Positions 39,241 through 51,571 of a DNA stretch of 63,493 nucleotides are shown one piece after another (the stretch's first letter is position 1; each line of letters starts with the position of its first letter). The DNA comes from Phoronis australis (taxonomy: Eukaryota > Animalia > Phoronida), in NCBI GenBank assembly GCA_002633005.1, contig NMRA01000276.1, positions 442,100-505,592 of the forward strand, given 5' to 3'. The translations under genes and the position numbers were made by a program. The notes below the pieces were generated by a model, which searched no databases, was not told the origin of the DNA, and worked only from the letters and a program-made list of their open reading frames with translations.

Positions 39241-41571
39241 AATAGTGGTATTATGTACCAAATCAATTGGAACAACTGTGATGACTTTTATATAGGCATG
39301 GCAACTAGGATCTTGCAAACTAGAGTCGATGGACTTAGTAAAGACCCCAACAGTGCTCTGCACTCAGTGTTAAAAGCCATTTCATGAGAAAATCAAAAAA
39401 TCACTCTAGTGGTCGTCTTTGAGATTCAGCTTAAACTTTGTGTATGTGATCATGGTGTGGCTTGATACAAATATCAACAATTTTGCACTTGACCTCTTAT
39501 TTCTTTACCTATAGGTAGATTGCATATTATGAGAGAAAACACATAATGGGACATGAGGACTTTCAAATAATAAAATTTTTACTAAAAATTTTGCTGCCTT
39601 GATCACATGACAAGGGAGATAAATCCAGAAGCACTTAGTGTTGAAAGTGGGTGTCACTCGAGTGCTTCTACAATCCAGTTTGTGGGGTTGTGGACATTGA
39701 AATATATGTTTGTGGATAGACCTTGGAAGTGTGAACAAATTTAAAAAGTCTCTCGAATGGGCTTTTTTCATTTTTTGTTCTAAAATACTGCCCCAATGCT
39801 GCATATTCTACTTTTTTTAAACGAATGCTTTGTATCTTCATTACATCTAAAATGGTTCTAAGAAGAAATGATTAATCAGAATCAACATTTTAGGGACAAT
39901 AATGGTGTCGGACATATCACTGATTATCATTTCACCCATTCAGCATTCAATGGTTAGAGGTTACACTAGCACAAGTGATGACATATTTGCCTGGTGCCAA
40001 TGCCCAAAACGATTGACTCCTTTCGGAGACAATTTTTGGGCTGACACGAATAATTCATGAGATTTTTAGTGAAATATTCCAGCTTGTGCACTATTTCAAG
40101 GCACGTTAGCTTTGATTAATAAACGATTCTTTTGAATTAAGGATTAGAGACTGTATGAAGCGGTCGAACCGAAAATTATTTTTTCACTTTGAAGACAAAA
40201 GCGTGCATCACAGGAAAGGCATTGATGTCTGAAATCCAAAAATGAAAAAGTTATCAACATAGCATGGTGCATTCAAAAGTTATTGCTGTTTATGTTTTAA
40301 ATTTTGACCCACTATTTTGATCGTTGATCTTGCGATGTCAGGGGCATAGGTTACGAGTTCAAAAGTGCTTATTTAAACACTATTTTCAAAAATATTCTAA
40401 GAGTAACACATATCTTTACCTACCATCCTGTACAATCCAAGAGTTTACACCAGAATTAAATCATGCAGGTGTAAGTTTTTGAGAGGTTAAAGTGCTCACA
40501 GTTCACATTGAACAACATGGCTACTTTTGTGAACTGAAAGACATGTTGAACCAACTACATTATCATCAGTGAACATTTAACCGCAATACATTTGTAGACA
40601 CAATGTTACAAGAAAGCAGTTTTGTACAATTTTCTGGTGCCATTGGTATTATGAATCTTGTATTCATTTCAATGTGAAGTGACCTTTCAATTGACCTTGT
40701 ACTCTGCTAAAATACTGTTGAAATTGTTTTGAAATGTTTTTTTGTTTGAAAGTTGACTCATGTTTATGATTATGTGTCACAACAGAACATATTTTTCTAA
40801 ATATTATGCATAAATTGTGCATTTGATTCATGTTTTGTTACTAATTACTTTATACTTCAAGTTATGTCAAAGCAACAAAATGTGAAAAGTATTACTTGAT
40901 TTACAGAAATAGGTTACGTTTGGATTATGAAGCGTGAAGGTTACTCGAATTCTCAGTTCAGCCTCTCATAGCTTCATATTTTTTATTATCATGCTTGTCA
41001 AATTCGAGTTTAAGGAGGAACGATTTTAAGGTACTCAGTCGCCATGGTAACAATTTTGCATGTTTACTTTCATATTTAACGTGAGCTTGGTTCAGCCTGT
41101 ATTGCTGAAATTTTCCACATTAAATTTTAAGTTACTTATTGTGGCAAAAGGCTGTTAGTATCATTTAAGTTTGCGTATTACTTTGTACTGAGATCACCTT
41201 GCTAGGTGTAAGCCTAAGCTACAAGTGAAATTTTGAAACCTTTGCGTCCAATATTTTTTAGAGATGTCATTTTGATCTCTTATGGGAGTGTGACAATATA
41301 AAAATAACAAAACTCAGATTAAATTAGGGACTTTTTATGTAATGATTATCAGGTAATAAGGTGGACGTTACCAGGGCACAACATCAGTTAGCAGCTGACA
41401 GAGGGGGGGGGACACAGGTTAGACATATGAATGGTTTCCAAAGTGCTAAAACTGTCACTGGTGTAGCAGCACAGGTTAGACTGATTTTAAAACATGCCTG
41501 TAAATAATATTAGTTTTTGGCCAATTTAGAAGTAAGAAGTTGAAAACAAAAATGACGGGAGTGCAGCATGT

Positions 41572-41612
41572 AAACGACGTTTCGATATTAATCAAAAATC
41601 ATCCTCAGGTAT
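41572..41612 (-). ncRNA. Minimal hammerhead ribozyme motif
   Basis: Reverse complement AC-CTGAGGA-TGAT(TTTTGATTAAT)ATC-GAAAC-GTC-GT: conserved core, short stem II, palindromic ACGT stem III. Confidence 0.55.
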
Positions 41613-41827
41613 AATAGTAGACAGAACAGAAAACAAAATATTGTAAGAGAATATTAGATTAATATTCAAACGTCGTTTTCAAACATCCATGTGCCATCGT
41701 TTCCTTAATGGAAATGTTTTGGCCAAATTTCACCAATTAGTTATAGAAACTTTATCAGTTTTCATTAACTTTCTCCTAATGGAGTTTTCAACTGGTCACT
41801 GAATAACATGCTGCTTGATGAAATTGT

Positions 41828-42085
41828 GATGAACAAGATATAGGTATATGGTGTTTTGAACAAGATATAGGTATATGGTGTTTTGAACAAGATATAGGTA
41901 GTGTTTTGAGCAAGATATAGGCATACGGTAAATGTTTTGAGCAAGATATAGGTATATGGTGTTTTGAACAAGATATAGGTATATTGTGTTTTGAACAAGA
42001 TATAGGTATATAGTGTTTTGAGCAAGATATAGGCATACGGTAAATGTTTTGAGCAAGAAATAGTTATATGGTATACGTTTTAACA
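41828..42085. repeat. ~27-bp minisatellite, about 9 copies
   Basis: GAACAAGATATAGGTATATGGTGTTTT variants. Confidence 0.9.
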
Positions 42086-42143
42086 ACATAATGCGTATTT
42101 GGTAATGTAATTTTTCTACTTGAGGTATGGTTTCATTTTGTAG

Positions 42144-42259
42144 ATGGGGTGAAGGTTAGTGAATCTCTGGCTGCCGTGTTTAGTATTGAGTTGGCTTCAA
42201 GTAACCGGCCTTACTTGTGTGTTTCTGAGACGTTTGCCAGTAAACCTCTACCTGAACAG
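42144..42259 (+). CDS. AZUL/UBE3A-like E3 ligase, exon E (AZUL C-half)
   Basis: DGVKVSESLAAVFSIELASSNRPYLC.. completes AZUL (AA..L..LC); ttgtag| acceptor and |gtaaga donor; phase 1 in, 0 out. Confidence 0.9.
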
Positions 42260-42843
42260 GTAAGATATATATCTTTCAGTTACCCATCCATATTCACTTG
42301 CATTAAAATGCTCAAGGTTCCTCCATACCGACTACATCCCAGTGGTTACATTTTAATTATTCCCTGTTCACATGACTGCCACTCTGTAATATGTGTGATT
42401 GTTTTGCTGATATGCTGAATTCATAATGGACATAGGTCAATGTGCTTTATTTTTATGCACTCACATATAAATATGTTGGTGCGTATTGCCTGCCGTCATG
42501 TGTGTCTGGGCGTACGGCGTCCGCGGTTGTATCAAGGCTTGGAGTTGTCCGCGGAAACGCGGATTTCCGCTTTTTTCTTTTATTTTTCTTTTTGTTATAT
42601 TTCTGTGGAAAAATCGGATTTGCCATAAAATTAAAATTATTGCGGTAAATTGGTTTCTCACCGTGGCGTTGCTGACAACTCGAAAAGTGTTTCTGAGGAA
42701 CGAAAATTGCAATTGCAGATCACAGGCGCTCGAATTTGCCGATTGACTCGTAACCATATATAAGAAACATGTTTTCTTAGTAGTAAGTGACGTCAGTGGC
42801 AATCGAGGAACAGATAAGTTCAAGTGCCTGTGCCTGGGATAGC

Positions 42844-43110
42844 ATGGTTCATCAATGGCATCTGCATTTGGTATAAATCGCGGTGACAAATAGTGCGATT
42901 CTGCAATCAAAAATGCGTGGATCGTGGAGTAGACTGAATATTTCTTGGAAAAAGTGGATAAAAGAAAGGGTCAATGTCTTCACAAACCAAGGTTTGTGCT
43001 CTGTAAACTTTGAGAGAGGAACAATTACGGAGTGCGTGGCCGAGTCGCCTTGGACTAAGTTGGAGTCAGAGGACCCACTAAAAACGATGAAACACTAGAA
43101 ATAACAACGC
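42844..43110 (+). pseudogene. Decayed THAP domain
   Basis: Frameshifted MV..AFG..NR then WKKWIKER..GLCSVNFE, resembling THAP W..LCSxHF. Confidence 0.45.
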
Positions 43111-43612
43111 TTCCTGAAAGGAAATTCAACCGGAACCGGTTATTCGTTGGATTGGAATCGTGAGATGTGAGTGATGTATGAAATTCTTTTGTTTGATCCC
43201 GCATGCACGCCCGTTGCCATTGGCTGCTAGTGCTAGGCCTGACCACCTGAGTGCGATTTTCTATGTGCTGCCGAAACGGAATCTAAAGTGCTATTTTCGT
43301 ACAAATGTGTTTAAATTGCCTTTTATGTATTTCAATTTATTTTAACATTTTTCGTGTTCTATTTTGTGACTCGAGTTTTGCACTAGTTCGAGAGAAGTGA
43401 TCACGTGACAGATTCTGAATGATCTGATTGGTCTAAGCCATTGTTTACAAATTCTGACAGCCTATTTTCAGTGTCCTGGTAGTTATTTCTCGTTACATAG
43501 TTTCTTCTACACCAGCGTGGCTTATGAACAACTAACTCCTGTAATTACTGTTTGAAACTGAACAGTTTGGCCAACTTAGGATTGTGATTGATGCATTTTA
43601 TAGTTTAAAGTA

Positions 43613-43670
43613 CCGTAATCGTTCGGGTTAACGCCCATACTCAGTTAACCGCCCATCCCCGACTTTAAAG
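43613..43670. mobile_element. Left TIR of a TA-flanked CCGTA (Tc1/mariner-pogo-like) element
   Basis: TA-CCGTAATCGTTCGGGTTAACGCCC, same as 45657 and 60871; right end probably in the gap. Confidence 0.7.
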
Positions 43671-44324
43671 TCCTTGTCTCACGCGTTGTTAACCCTTATT
43701 ACATGGTTAGAAGATGTTATAAGGATCCAAGAAGTACCTACCCCATAACTAATACACGATCCGTACTCGAAAACAGTTTAAATGAACGCGCCACTCACGA
43801 TTCGCACCCGAAGAAACACCGCCATTTTGAACTTGCCGCGAACCTGGAAGTACAATTCATTCAGGAACCCAGGCCGAGAAAACGCCGTCAGTGCGACTGG
43901 AGCAGTGCCTGAACTGTTACCAGCCAGCAAACGGGGATAAAAAAAAATCGACAGCCCGCCTTAATTTTGATAAAATCAAACTACGGACAATTTTATGGAA
44001 TTTGCTGAAGAAATGTGGCGAATAAATTTTGACAGAAATTATTTTGCTATACTCGGGACCGCAGCCTATCGGACCCGGTGCGGAGTCGAGACCAGACACT
44101 GGCGAACGGTAAATGCATGCGGTTGCAAGCTGTTTTGTCGAAGTAAAATGGTCAAATGATAAATGCTGCATATATTCAAGGGTAGTTTCAGACACTTGCA
44201 TGAAATTACGGGCTGGTTAGTCCTGTGTCACACTGCCGCGGCAGACCTTAGTTAGCCTCAGTCACCAGCTACCAGTGAAGACTATAGTCAAAATACAGCT
44301 TGTTGTAGGCCTATTCAGCCTACC

Positions 44325-44453
44325 CGTTCAGTAGCGCTAGGACCTCGCTAACAAGCAAGACTTCGCGAGATTACGTGAGATATTGCCGTGTATTTTAAAT
44401 GAGAACATGTGACTTTGACTAGGATTTTGCAAGGTCCTAGCGTCTACTGAACG
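44325..44453. mobile_element. Small hairpin MITE
   Basis: CGTTCAGTAGCGCTAGGACCT ... AGGTCCTAGCGTCTACTGAACG; interior GCGAGATTACGTGAGATATT recurs at ~19200. Confidence 0.55.
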
Positions 44454-45656
44454 CACGCCAGCTTTGCGCCAAGACTACCCTTAGGCCTAACTGGTCGCTG
44501 GCCACAAACACAAAAAACACGAAAATTGAACAAAGTTTCTTTTTTGTAGCAACGTTTGTCAAAATGTATCAACGTTAAATCTTCACAAATTACAAAGTAG
44601 CCGATTGAACATGCCTTTCAGTTCAGCAAAAGTCGACATTGTAGGTGCCGCCAGAAATGAGNNNNNNNNNNNNNNNNNNNNNNNNNNNNNNNNNNNNNNN
44701 NNNNNNNNNNNNNNNNNNNNNNNNNNNNNNNNNNNNNNNNNNNNNNNNNNNNNNNNNNNNNNNNNNNNNNNNNNNNNNNNNNNNNNNNNNNNNNNNNNNN
44801 NNNNNNNNNNNNNNNNNNNNNNNNNNNNNNNNNNNNNNNNNNNNNNNNNNNNNNNNNNNNNNNNNNNNNNNNNNNNNNNNNNNNNNNNNNNNNNNNNNNN
44901 NNNNNNNNNNNNNNNNNNNNNNNNNNNNNNNNNNNNNNNNNNNNNNNNNNNNNNNNNNNNNNNNNNNNNNNNNNNNNNNNNNNNNNNNNNNNNNNNNNNN
45001 NNNNNNNNNNNNNNNNNNNNNNNNNNNNNNNNNNNNNNNNNNNNNNNNNNNNNNNNNNNNNNNNNNNNNNNNNNNNNNNNNNNNNNNNNNNNNNNNNNNN
45101 NNNNNNNNNNNNNNNNNNNNNNNNNNNNNNNNNNNNNNNNNNNNNNNNNNNNNNNNNNNNNNNNNNNNNNNNNNNNNNNNNNNNNNNNNNNNNNNNNNNN
45201 NNNNNNNNNNNNNNNNNNNNNNNNNNNNNNNNNNNNNNNNNNNNNGGGGTTCAACAAACCATGAAGAATTGTTCTTTCTCCCAATACCATTCACGGTGTC
45301 CTGTTACGGCGACTTCGTAAGAAATTCGCAGTCAAAGACCAAAAATGTTCACAAAAAGCCCCCACACACGTTCTCCCTAGGCCCGTCGAGGTCAAGGACG
45401 GTACGGAAATTGCCGCTTTGTCGCGTAAAGTCACGATGTCGCCACTTCCGTAACTCACCGGCAATTTCCGTAACCGTCCCAATTTTCAAATATTGTGCAT
45501 TAAATATGCACAGATATTCCAGAGCAGACTTTTAGGGAAATACAAAACTGTGTTTCTGGTAAAGAATAATGTATGCCAAAAATAAAACACTTTAATTAGG
45601 ACATATCATTATCAAAATTGAAAATTTTAGATCCATATCATCTGTGTATTATTATA

Positions 45657-46179
45657 CCGTAATCATTCGGGTTAACGCCCATGCTCAGTTAACCGCCCAT
45701 CCCCGACTTTAAGTGAATTTTTCGATTTAACCGCCCACTGCTCGGTTAACCGCCCTCTCCCGATTTTTGAAGATTTCCAGTTAAGCGCCCACCTCTCGGT
45801 TAAGCGCCCATCCCCAACTTTTAAAGAAGGAAGATTTAGGTTTATGTTTGCTATGGACGGCTGAAGTGAAGCACCCGTGGAATTTCAAGTCCGAAGTGTC
45901 ATACCTTGTAGTATTATATGTAGTGTATTGGGGACGATCAGAAGCTGAGGACGCCTGTGGTTCCGAGTATGATTGTTGTGTCGGGATTTAGATTGCCAGG
46001 TAAGATTAACCGCCCAGGGCGGTTGTCTGTCGTAATAAGCACCCATGTTCGGTTAACCGCCCATCCCCTACTTTAGGTGGATTTTCGATTTAACCGCCCA
46101 CTGCTCGGTTAACCGCCCTCCCCCGATTTTTTGGATTCGCCAATTTAACCGCCCAGGGCGTTAACCTGAACGATTACGG
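45657..46179. mobile_element. Complete TA-flanked MITE (CCGTA TIR)
   Basis: TA-CCGTAATCATTCGGGTTAACGCCC ... GGGCGTTAACCTGAACGATTACGG-TA; many TTAACCGCCC subterminal motifs. Confidence 0.9.
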
Positions 46180-46669
46180 TATGTTATTTTTGACTTTCAT
46201 TTCCATTCTGACAGTTGGGGTATGAGCCACAGATTTTCTTCTTGACTTTTTTCCATTTGTGTTGGAAATAAATTGTTTGTTGGAATTAAATGTGTATGTA
46301 TTTCAGGCTTTCTAGATAATCTATAGTTTGATTTTCATTTTTTTTGTAATTTTGTATCGTAATTATAAGAATTGAAAATATTTTTTAGGTCTCCTTGCAG
46401 CAAATCAAGAATAAGTTCCTGCCACTCACACTGCATTATCTTTATTATTTTAATTTTAAAAATATCTTTTGTTGTATGTAATTGCCTTCATTGTTGATGC
46501 TGAAATAGATGTCAGGCATTGCTTAAGATGAGTGCGTTTTGCCAACACCACACAACAGGGCACCTTGTGGTACTAATGTTTACTTTAGATCTGTTGAGGT
46601 ATGGTTTAGATTGAAATGTGTATTTAGGGCCGTAAAAATTTCCTCTTTTTTGTCTCGGGTCATTCCATG

Positions 46670-49603
46670 CCCTGCTGTATCTCCTAAACCCCTTGGAAGA
46701 TCTTATTGAAATTAGGCAGGTGTGCTCCTATAGGGTTGACGACAGAGGGCGAAGAGTTTCGGACCGACCCGAATGCCTTTGTGCCCCCTAGTGGCAATTT
46801 TTATGTGCCCACATATTTATATGTGGATGCATTATGCCGTCATCTCCGTCCGTTGGTCCGTCTGTCCGGGCGGCGTCCGGCATCCGCTGCTATATCTCCA
46901 AAACCCTTTGACATACGTTCATGAAATTTGGCACATATGTTCCATTCATGAATGGGATGGCATGAGCGAACTTTTGGACGGATCCGAGTACTGGTGTGTC
47001 CCCTAGTGGCAATTTTAGTTTTTTACGCTTACCTTCGTATCTTCAAAAGTTCGGATTTTCATGAAATTTGGTATGTAGGCACCTATTAATGAGGTGACGC
47101 TATCCTCCCATTTTCAGATAGATTCGATGTAGTTTGCGCCACCTAGTGGCCATTTTTACTGTTTTCGAGTCTGTTTTTTTGCGTCCACCCCTGTATCAAC
47201 CAAACCGCTGAAAGGATGATTGTGAAAATTGGCATGTGTGTGCTTACTATAAAGAGGATGGTTGACGATGATTTTCCGACGATTTCGATTACTGTGGTGC
47301 TTCCTAGTGGCAGTTTTGTTTTTTTTGCGCCTATGGCTGTATCTTCTAAACCGTTCGCAGGATCTTTACTTAATTTAGCAAGTGTATTTATATGATGTTG
47401 ACTACGGATGACGACGACTTTCGGTCAGATCTGATTACTGCTGTGCCCCCTAGTGGCAATTTTAGTTTTTTATGTTTAACTCGGTATCTTCAAAGGTCCT
47501 CAACAGATTTTCATAAAATTTTAAATATAGGCATCTATTGGTGTGATGACGCTATCTTTCTGTTTTTGGATGGAATCGAGGTATTTTGCACCACCTAGTG
47601 GCCATTTTTGCTGTTTTCAAATCTTGTTTTTGGTGTCCATCACTGTATAAACCAAATCATTTGAAAATTGGCATATATGTTCTCAGTGTGAAGACGACCT
47701 TCGATGATGGTGACTGACTACTGTGGCACCTCCTTATGGTTTTGTTTTGCGCCCATAGTTGTATCTCTTAAACCTACTGCAGGATATTTACTAAATTTAT
47801 TAAGCGTATTTATATGAAGATAACAACAGACGACGACGACTTTCAGGCGGATCCAACGGACAATGTGACCACTGGTGGCATTTTCATTTTATTCTGTTTT
47901 CCTTTGTTTCTCTGAAGTTGCTTGACCGATTTTTATGAAATATGGCATGTTCCTGTTTTTGGATGGATTGCACGTTTTTGCGCCATCTAGTGGCCATTTT
48001 TATGATAAAAATAAATAACCTAAAAATACACCATTTGCAATGCATTCGTGGGCGCATTTCAACTCTCCGCGTTGCGCTTGTAGTTTTTTACGTTTGCCTC
48101 TGTATCTTCAAAGGTCCTCCACCGATTTTCATGAAATTTGGCACATTGGCATCCATTAAAGAGTTGACGCTATCCTCCCGTTTTTGGATGGGTTCGAGGC
48201 ATTTTGCGCCATGTAGTGGCCATTTTTTCTATTTTTGAGTCGGTTTTTTGGTGTCCGCCCCTCTGTCAACCAAACCACTCTAAAGATGATTGCGAAAATT
48301 GGCATGCATGTTCTTACTATGAGAGGACGGTTGACGATGATTTTCTGATGACTTTGACTACTGTGGCACCTCCTAGTGATAGTTTTGTTTGTTTTTGCGC
48401 CCATGGCTGTATCTTCTAAACGCTCTTCGGGATCTTTATTAAATGTTGACAATGGACGACGACTACTTTCGGACAGATCGGACTACTGGTGTGCCCCCTA
48501 GTGGCAATTTTTTTTACGTTTGCCTCTATATCTTCAAAGGTCCTTAACCTATTTTCATGAAATTTGTCACATAGGCATCCATTAATGAGGTGACGCTAGC
48601 CTCTCGTTTTTGGATGGATAAGAGGCATTTTGCGCCACCTAGTGGCCATGTTTACTGTTTTCGAGTCTGGTTTTTGTCGTCCGTTGCTCCATCAACCGAA
48701 CCACTCTAAGGATGATTTTGAAAATTGGCATGTATGTTCTTATTATTAAGAGGACGGTTGATGATGATTTTCCGAATACTTTGACTACTGTGGTGCCTCC
48801 TAGTGGTAGTTTTTTGTTTTTGCGCCCGTGGCTATATCTCCTAAACGCTCTACAGGATCTTTAGTAAATGAAGCAAATGTGTTTATATGAAGTTAACAAC
48901 AGAAAACGATGACTTACAGACGGGTCCGACTAACACTGACACCTAGTAGCAAATTCAAATTTTCTGTTTTCCTGTTTCTCTGAATTTCCTTGACGAATTT
49001 TCATGAATTTTTTTGATTAGCTTTTTTAAAGAAACGGTGACATTTTCCGGTTTTCATATGGATTCGACATATTTTGCGCCATCTAGTGGCAATTTTTACT
49101 ATTTTTTGGTCTGTTTTTGCAGTCTTCCCTCTGTCAACCAAACCACTCTTAGGATGATTGTGAAAATTGGCTTATATTGTTAGTGTGAAGAGGACGGTTG
49201 ACGATGATTTTCCTTTTTCAATTACTATGGCGCCTCCTAGTGGCAGTTTTTTGCGCCCTTAGCTGTATCTCCTAAGCCCCCTGAAGAATGTTTGTTAAAT
49301 TTAGCAAGTGTATTGATGTTACGTTGTCAAGGGAAGACGACAGCTTTCAGACGGATCTGATGAACCTTTGTCCCCCTGGTGGCAATTTCATTTTTTCTGT
49401 TTTACTAAAGTTTCGTAACAGATTTTCATGAAATGTGGTAAATAGCTTTCTGTTAAAAAGCGGTGACATTTTCCAGTTTTTTATGGATTCAAAATATTTT
49501 GCACTATCTAGTGACCATTTTTATGATACAAATAAATACCCTTGAAGAACACCGTTTGCTGTGCATTCGTGGGTGCATTTCAATGCTCCGCGTTGCTCTT
49601 GTT
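46670..49603 (+). mobile_element. Two nested DINE-1/HINE-like copies (inner 46798-48082)
   Basis: Inner full copy interrupts the unit GTGGCAATTTT|AGTTTTTTACG of the outer copy; two 3' ends (~48080, ~49600); about 19 units. Confidence 0.8.
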
Positions 49604-49665
49604 ACTATTATCATTAATGTATGTGGTTACAGTGGACATTCACTTACTTTTCAATTTGTTGACAG

Positions 49666-50036
49666 GCATTTAAAGACTCTGACAGGGACATCACTCCGTT
49701 CATTCATCGAATGATTCTCACATCGCCATTCAAGTCCTTCTTCGTAGACACTGGCACCATGAACATGGCCCCGCCTCTTGATGATGGCACCTGTCAATCA
49801 GGGGAGGAGATCAGTCCATGTGACACTAAAATAGACTTGAACACATCCATTCTTGGTGAGCTACCCAGTGAAATCATTAAGTATAAGGCGAGGAGATCAT
49901 TGACCACACCCAACTCGGCAAGTCTGTCCAATCTTAGAGATCTTCGCCTGGCAACCAACAAGGCAACTTCATTTGTTCGCTCAAGTCTGGAAAATATTTT
50001 TGGTGCAACGTTCTCCTCATTGAAAAAGGCCTCGAG
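49666..50036 (+). CDS. AZUL/UBE3A-like E3 ligase, exon F (AFKDSDRDITPFIHRMILTSPFKSFF..SSLKKAS)
   Basis: gacag| acceptor, |gtgggt donor; 371 nt open; phase 0 in, 2 out. Confidence 0.85.
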
Positions 50037-50334
50037 GTGGGTTTGTGACGAACAAGAATTTGGCTTAAAATAAAGGTCTTGCATGGTTTTACAACATCTT
50101 CAAAGCCTCTGCACAATATTGTTACATGACGCTAAATAAAGACCCTTACAATAATCTTTGCAATAACCTTTGCTATAACCAGGCTGCCTTTTTGGGGACT
50201 CTTGTGGGGTATTTGTTGAGGTTGTAGACTGCTGTGGAGTCTAACCGGTTCGTTGCTAGCTAGATGGAGATAAAAACTGACTACATCGATTGAAGGCTGT
50301 AAGAACACACAGTTTATTGGCTCTAACTACAGTA

Positions 50335-50351
50335 TACATATATATATGTGT

Positions 50352-50417
<66 letters not shown>

Positions 50418-50443
50418 ATATGTATATGTATATATATATATAT
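50335..50443. repeat. (TG)n/(TA)n microsatellite
   Basis: Directly visible. Confidence 0.95.
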
Positions 50444-50923
50444 AGCAACTCAAAATATGTGTGGGTTTTGGGTGTATTTGAGTCAGTTCCTGTGACGTCA
50501 ACACAAATAATAAACTTTTGTGAATGAAATTCCACAATCTCGTCCTGGCATACCATATATGGAAATTGACTTGTTTACCAGACACCCAGATGCACTAAAA
50601 CAACAACATTGATATGCTGAGGTCACTACTCACAGGAACTATTATGTAACAAGGCATCACAGGCTGTAGTGATGGCATGTCATGCAGTCCTTCATGCCTG
50701 TTGTTGGGTCCTTTGGCATGAAATATAATCACAAAACTTAAATTGAATTTGATACTTGTCATAATGGTTGACTCAGAAATCAAGTGTGGTAATATTTACA
50801 ATGTATTTCATTGGAATTAGGATTGAAATCATTTGTTATTTAGTTCTTTAAATTTAATGTCTTCTTTATAGAAGTTACACTTATTGTGATGTAGTGGGCA
50901 ATGATTTTACATTTGTTCACAAC

Positions 50924-51555
50924 TGTCACGTTTTTCTCTGTGTGTGTGGCGCAGGTGGTTACTGACTGGTGTGACGATAGGCTGAAACATGGTTAATCTC
51001 AGTCGTACGTTCACAAGCCTACTCAAACAAAACGTCCGACGTAATGTCTGTTCTACGCTCCAGCCAGTGCTGCGAAGCCTTGACTTGTGATGAACTTCTG
51101 AGACTCTTCCAGCATCTGTTACACTCATGGATTCAATAACCTGCTGTCTCTATAGATGGCTCTCTGTTTACTATCGCTGTAGCTGCTGATTCTCTTCAGT
51201 GCAACTCAACTGTAACTCCCTTGTAAATAACTTTGACTATCACCTGACTCACAAACCCGTGCTTGGGAACTTATAACTCATGCAATGTTCTAGAAATTTT
51301 CACCAATTCAAATGCATTCTAGAACTTTCCGGAATCTACCCAATCATTCTACTACGCTCTAGAATGTTTCAGATTACATTAATCACTTACATGCTAGAAT
51401 CTTTTAGAATGTTCCATGTTGTTCTTTGGTAAACAAATTAGATCATTACTGTACTGACTTCAGGGGTCATGCCAATCAATAACTATCTACAAAACACAAA
51501 CAGAACAATAGAGCAAAATAATAAAACTAAGAACAGTGTCAGTCCACACCTGGCA
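50924..51555 (-). mobile_element. Solo LTR, copy 1
   Basis: TG..CA ends; flanks ACAAC/GCAAC; homologous to 52182-52910. Confidence 0.75.
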
Positions 51556-51571
51556 GCAACAGATACTTTTA

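Noticed and set aside
41765-42089. Repetitive peptide ORFs (also 36964-37340, 24731-25003, 50256-50585)
   Set aside because: Translations of mini/microsatellites lacking stop codons.
44583-45535. Long ORFs in the track (also 16519-16837 and 60316-60896)
   Set aside because: They are artefacts of N runs.
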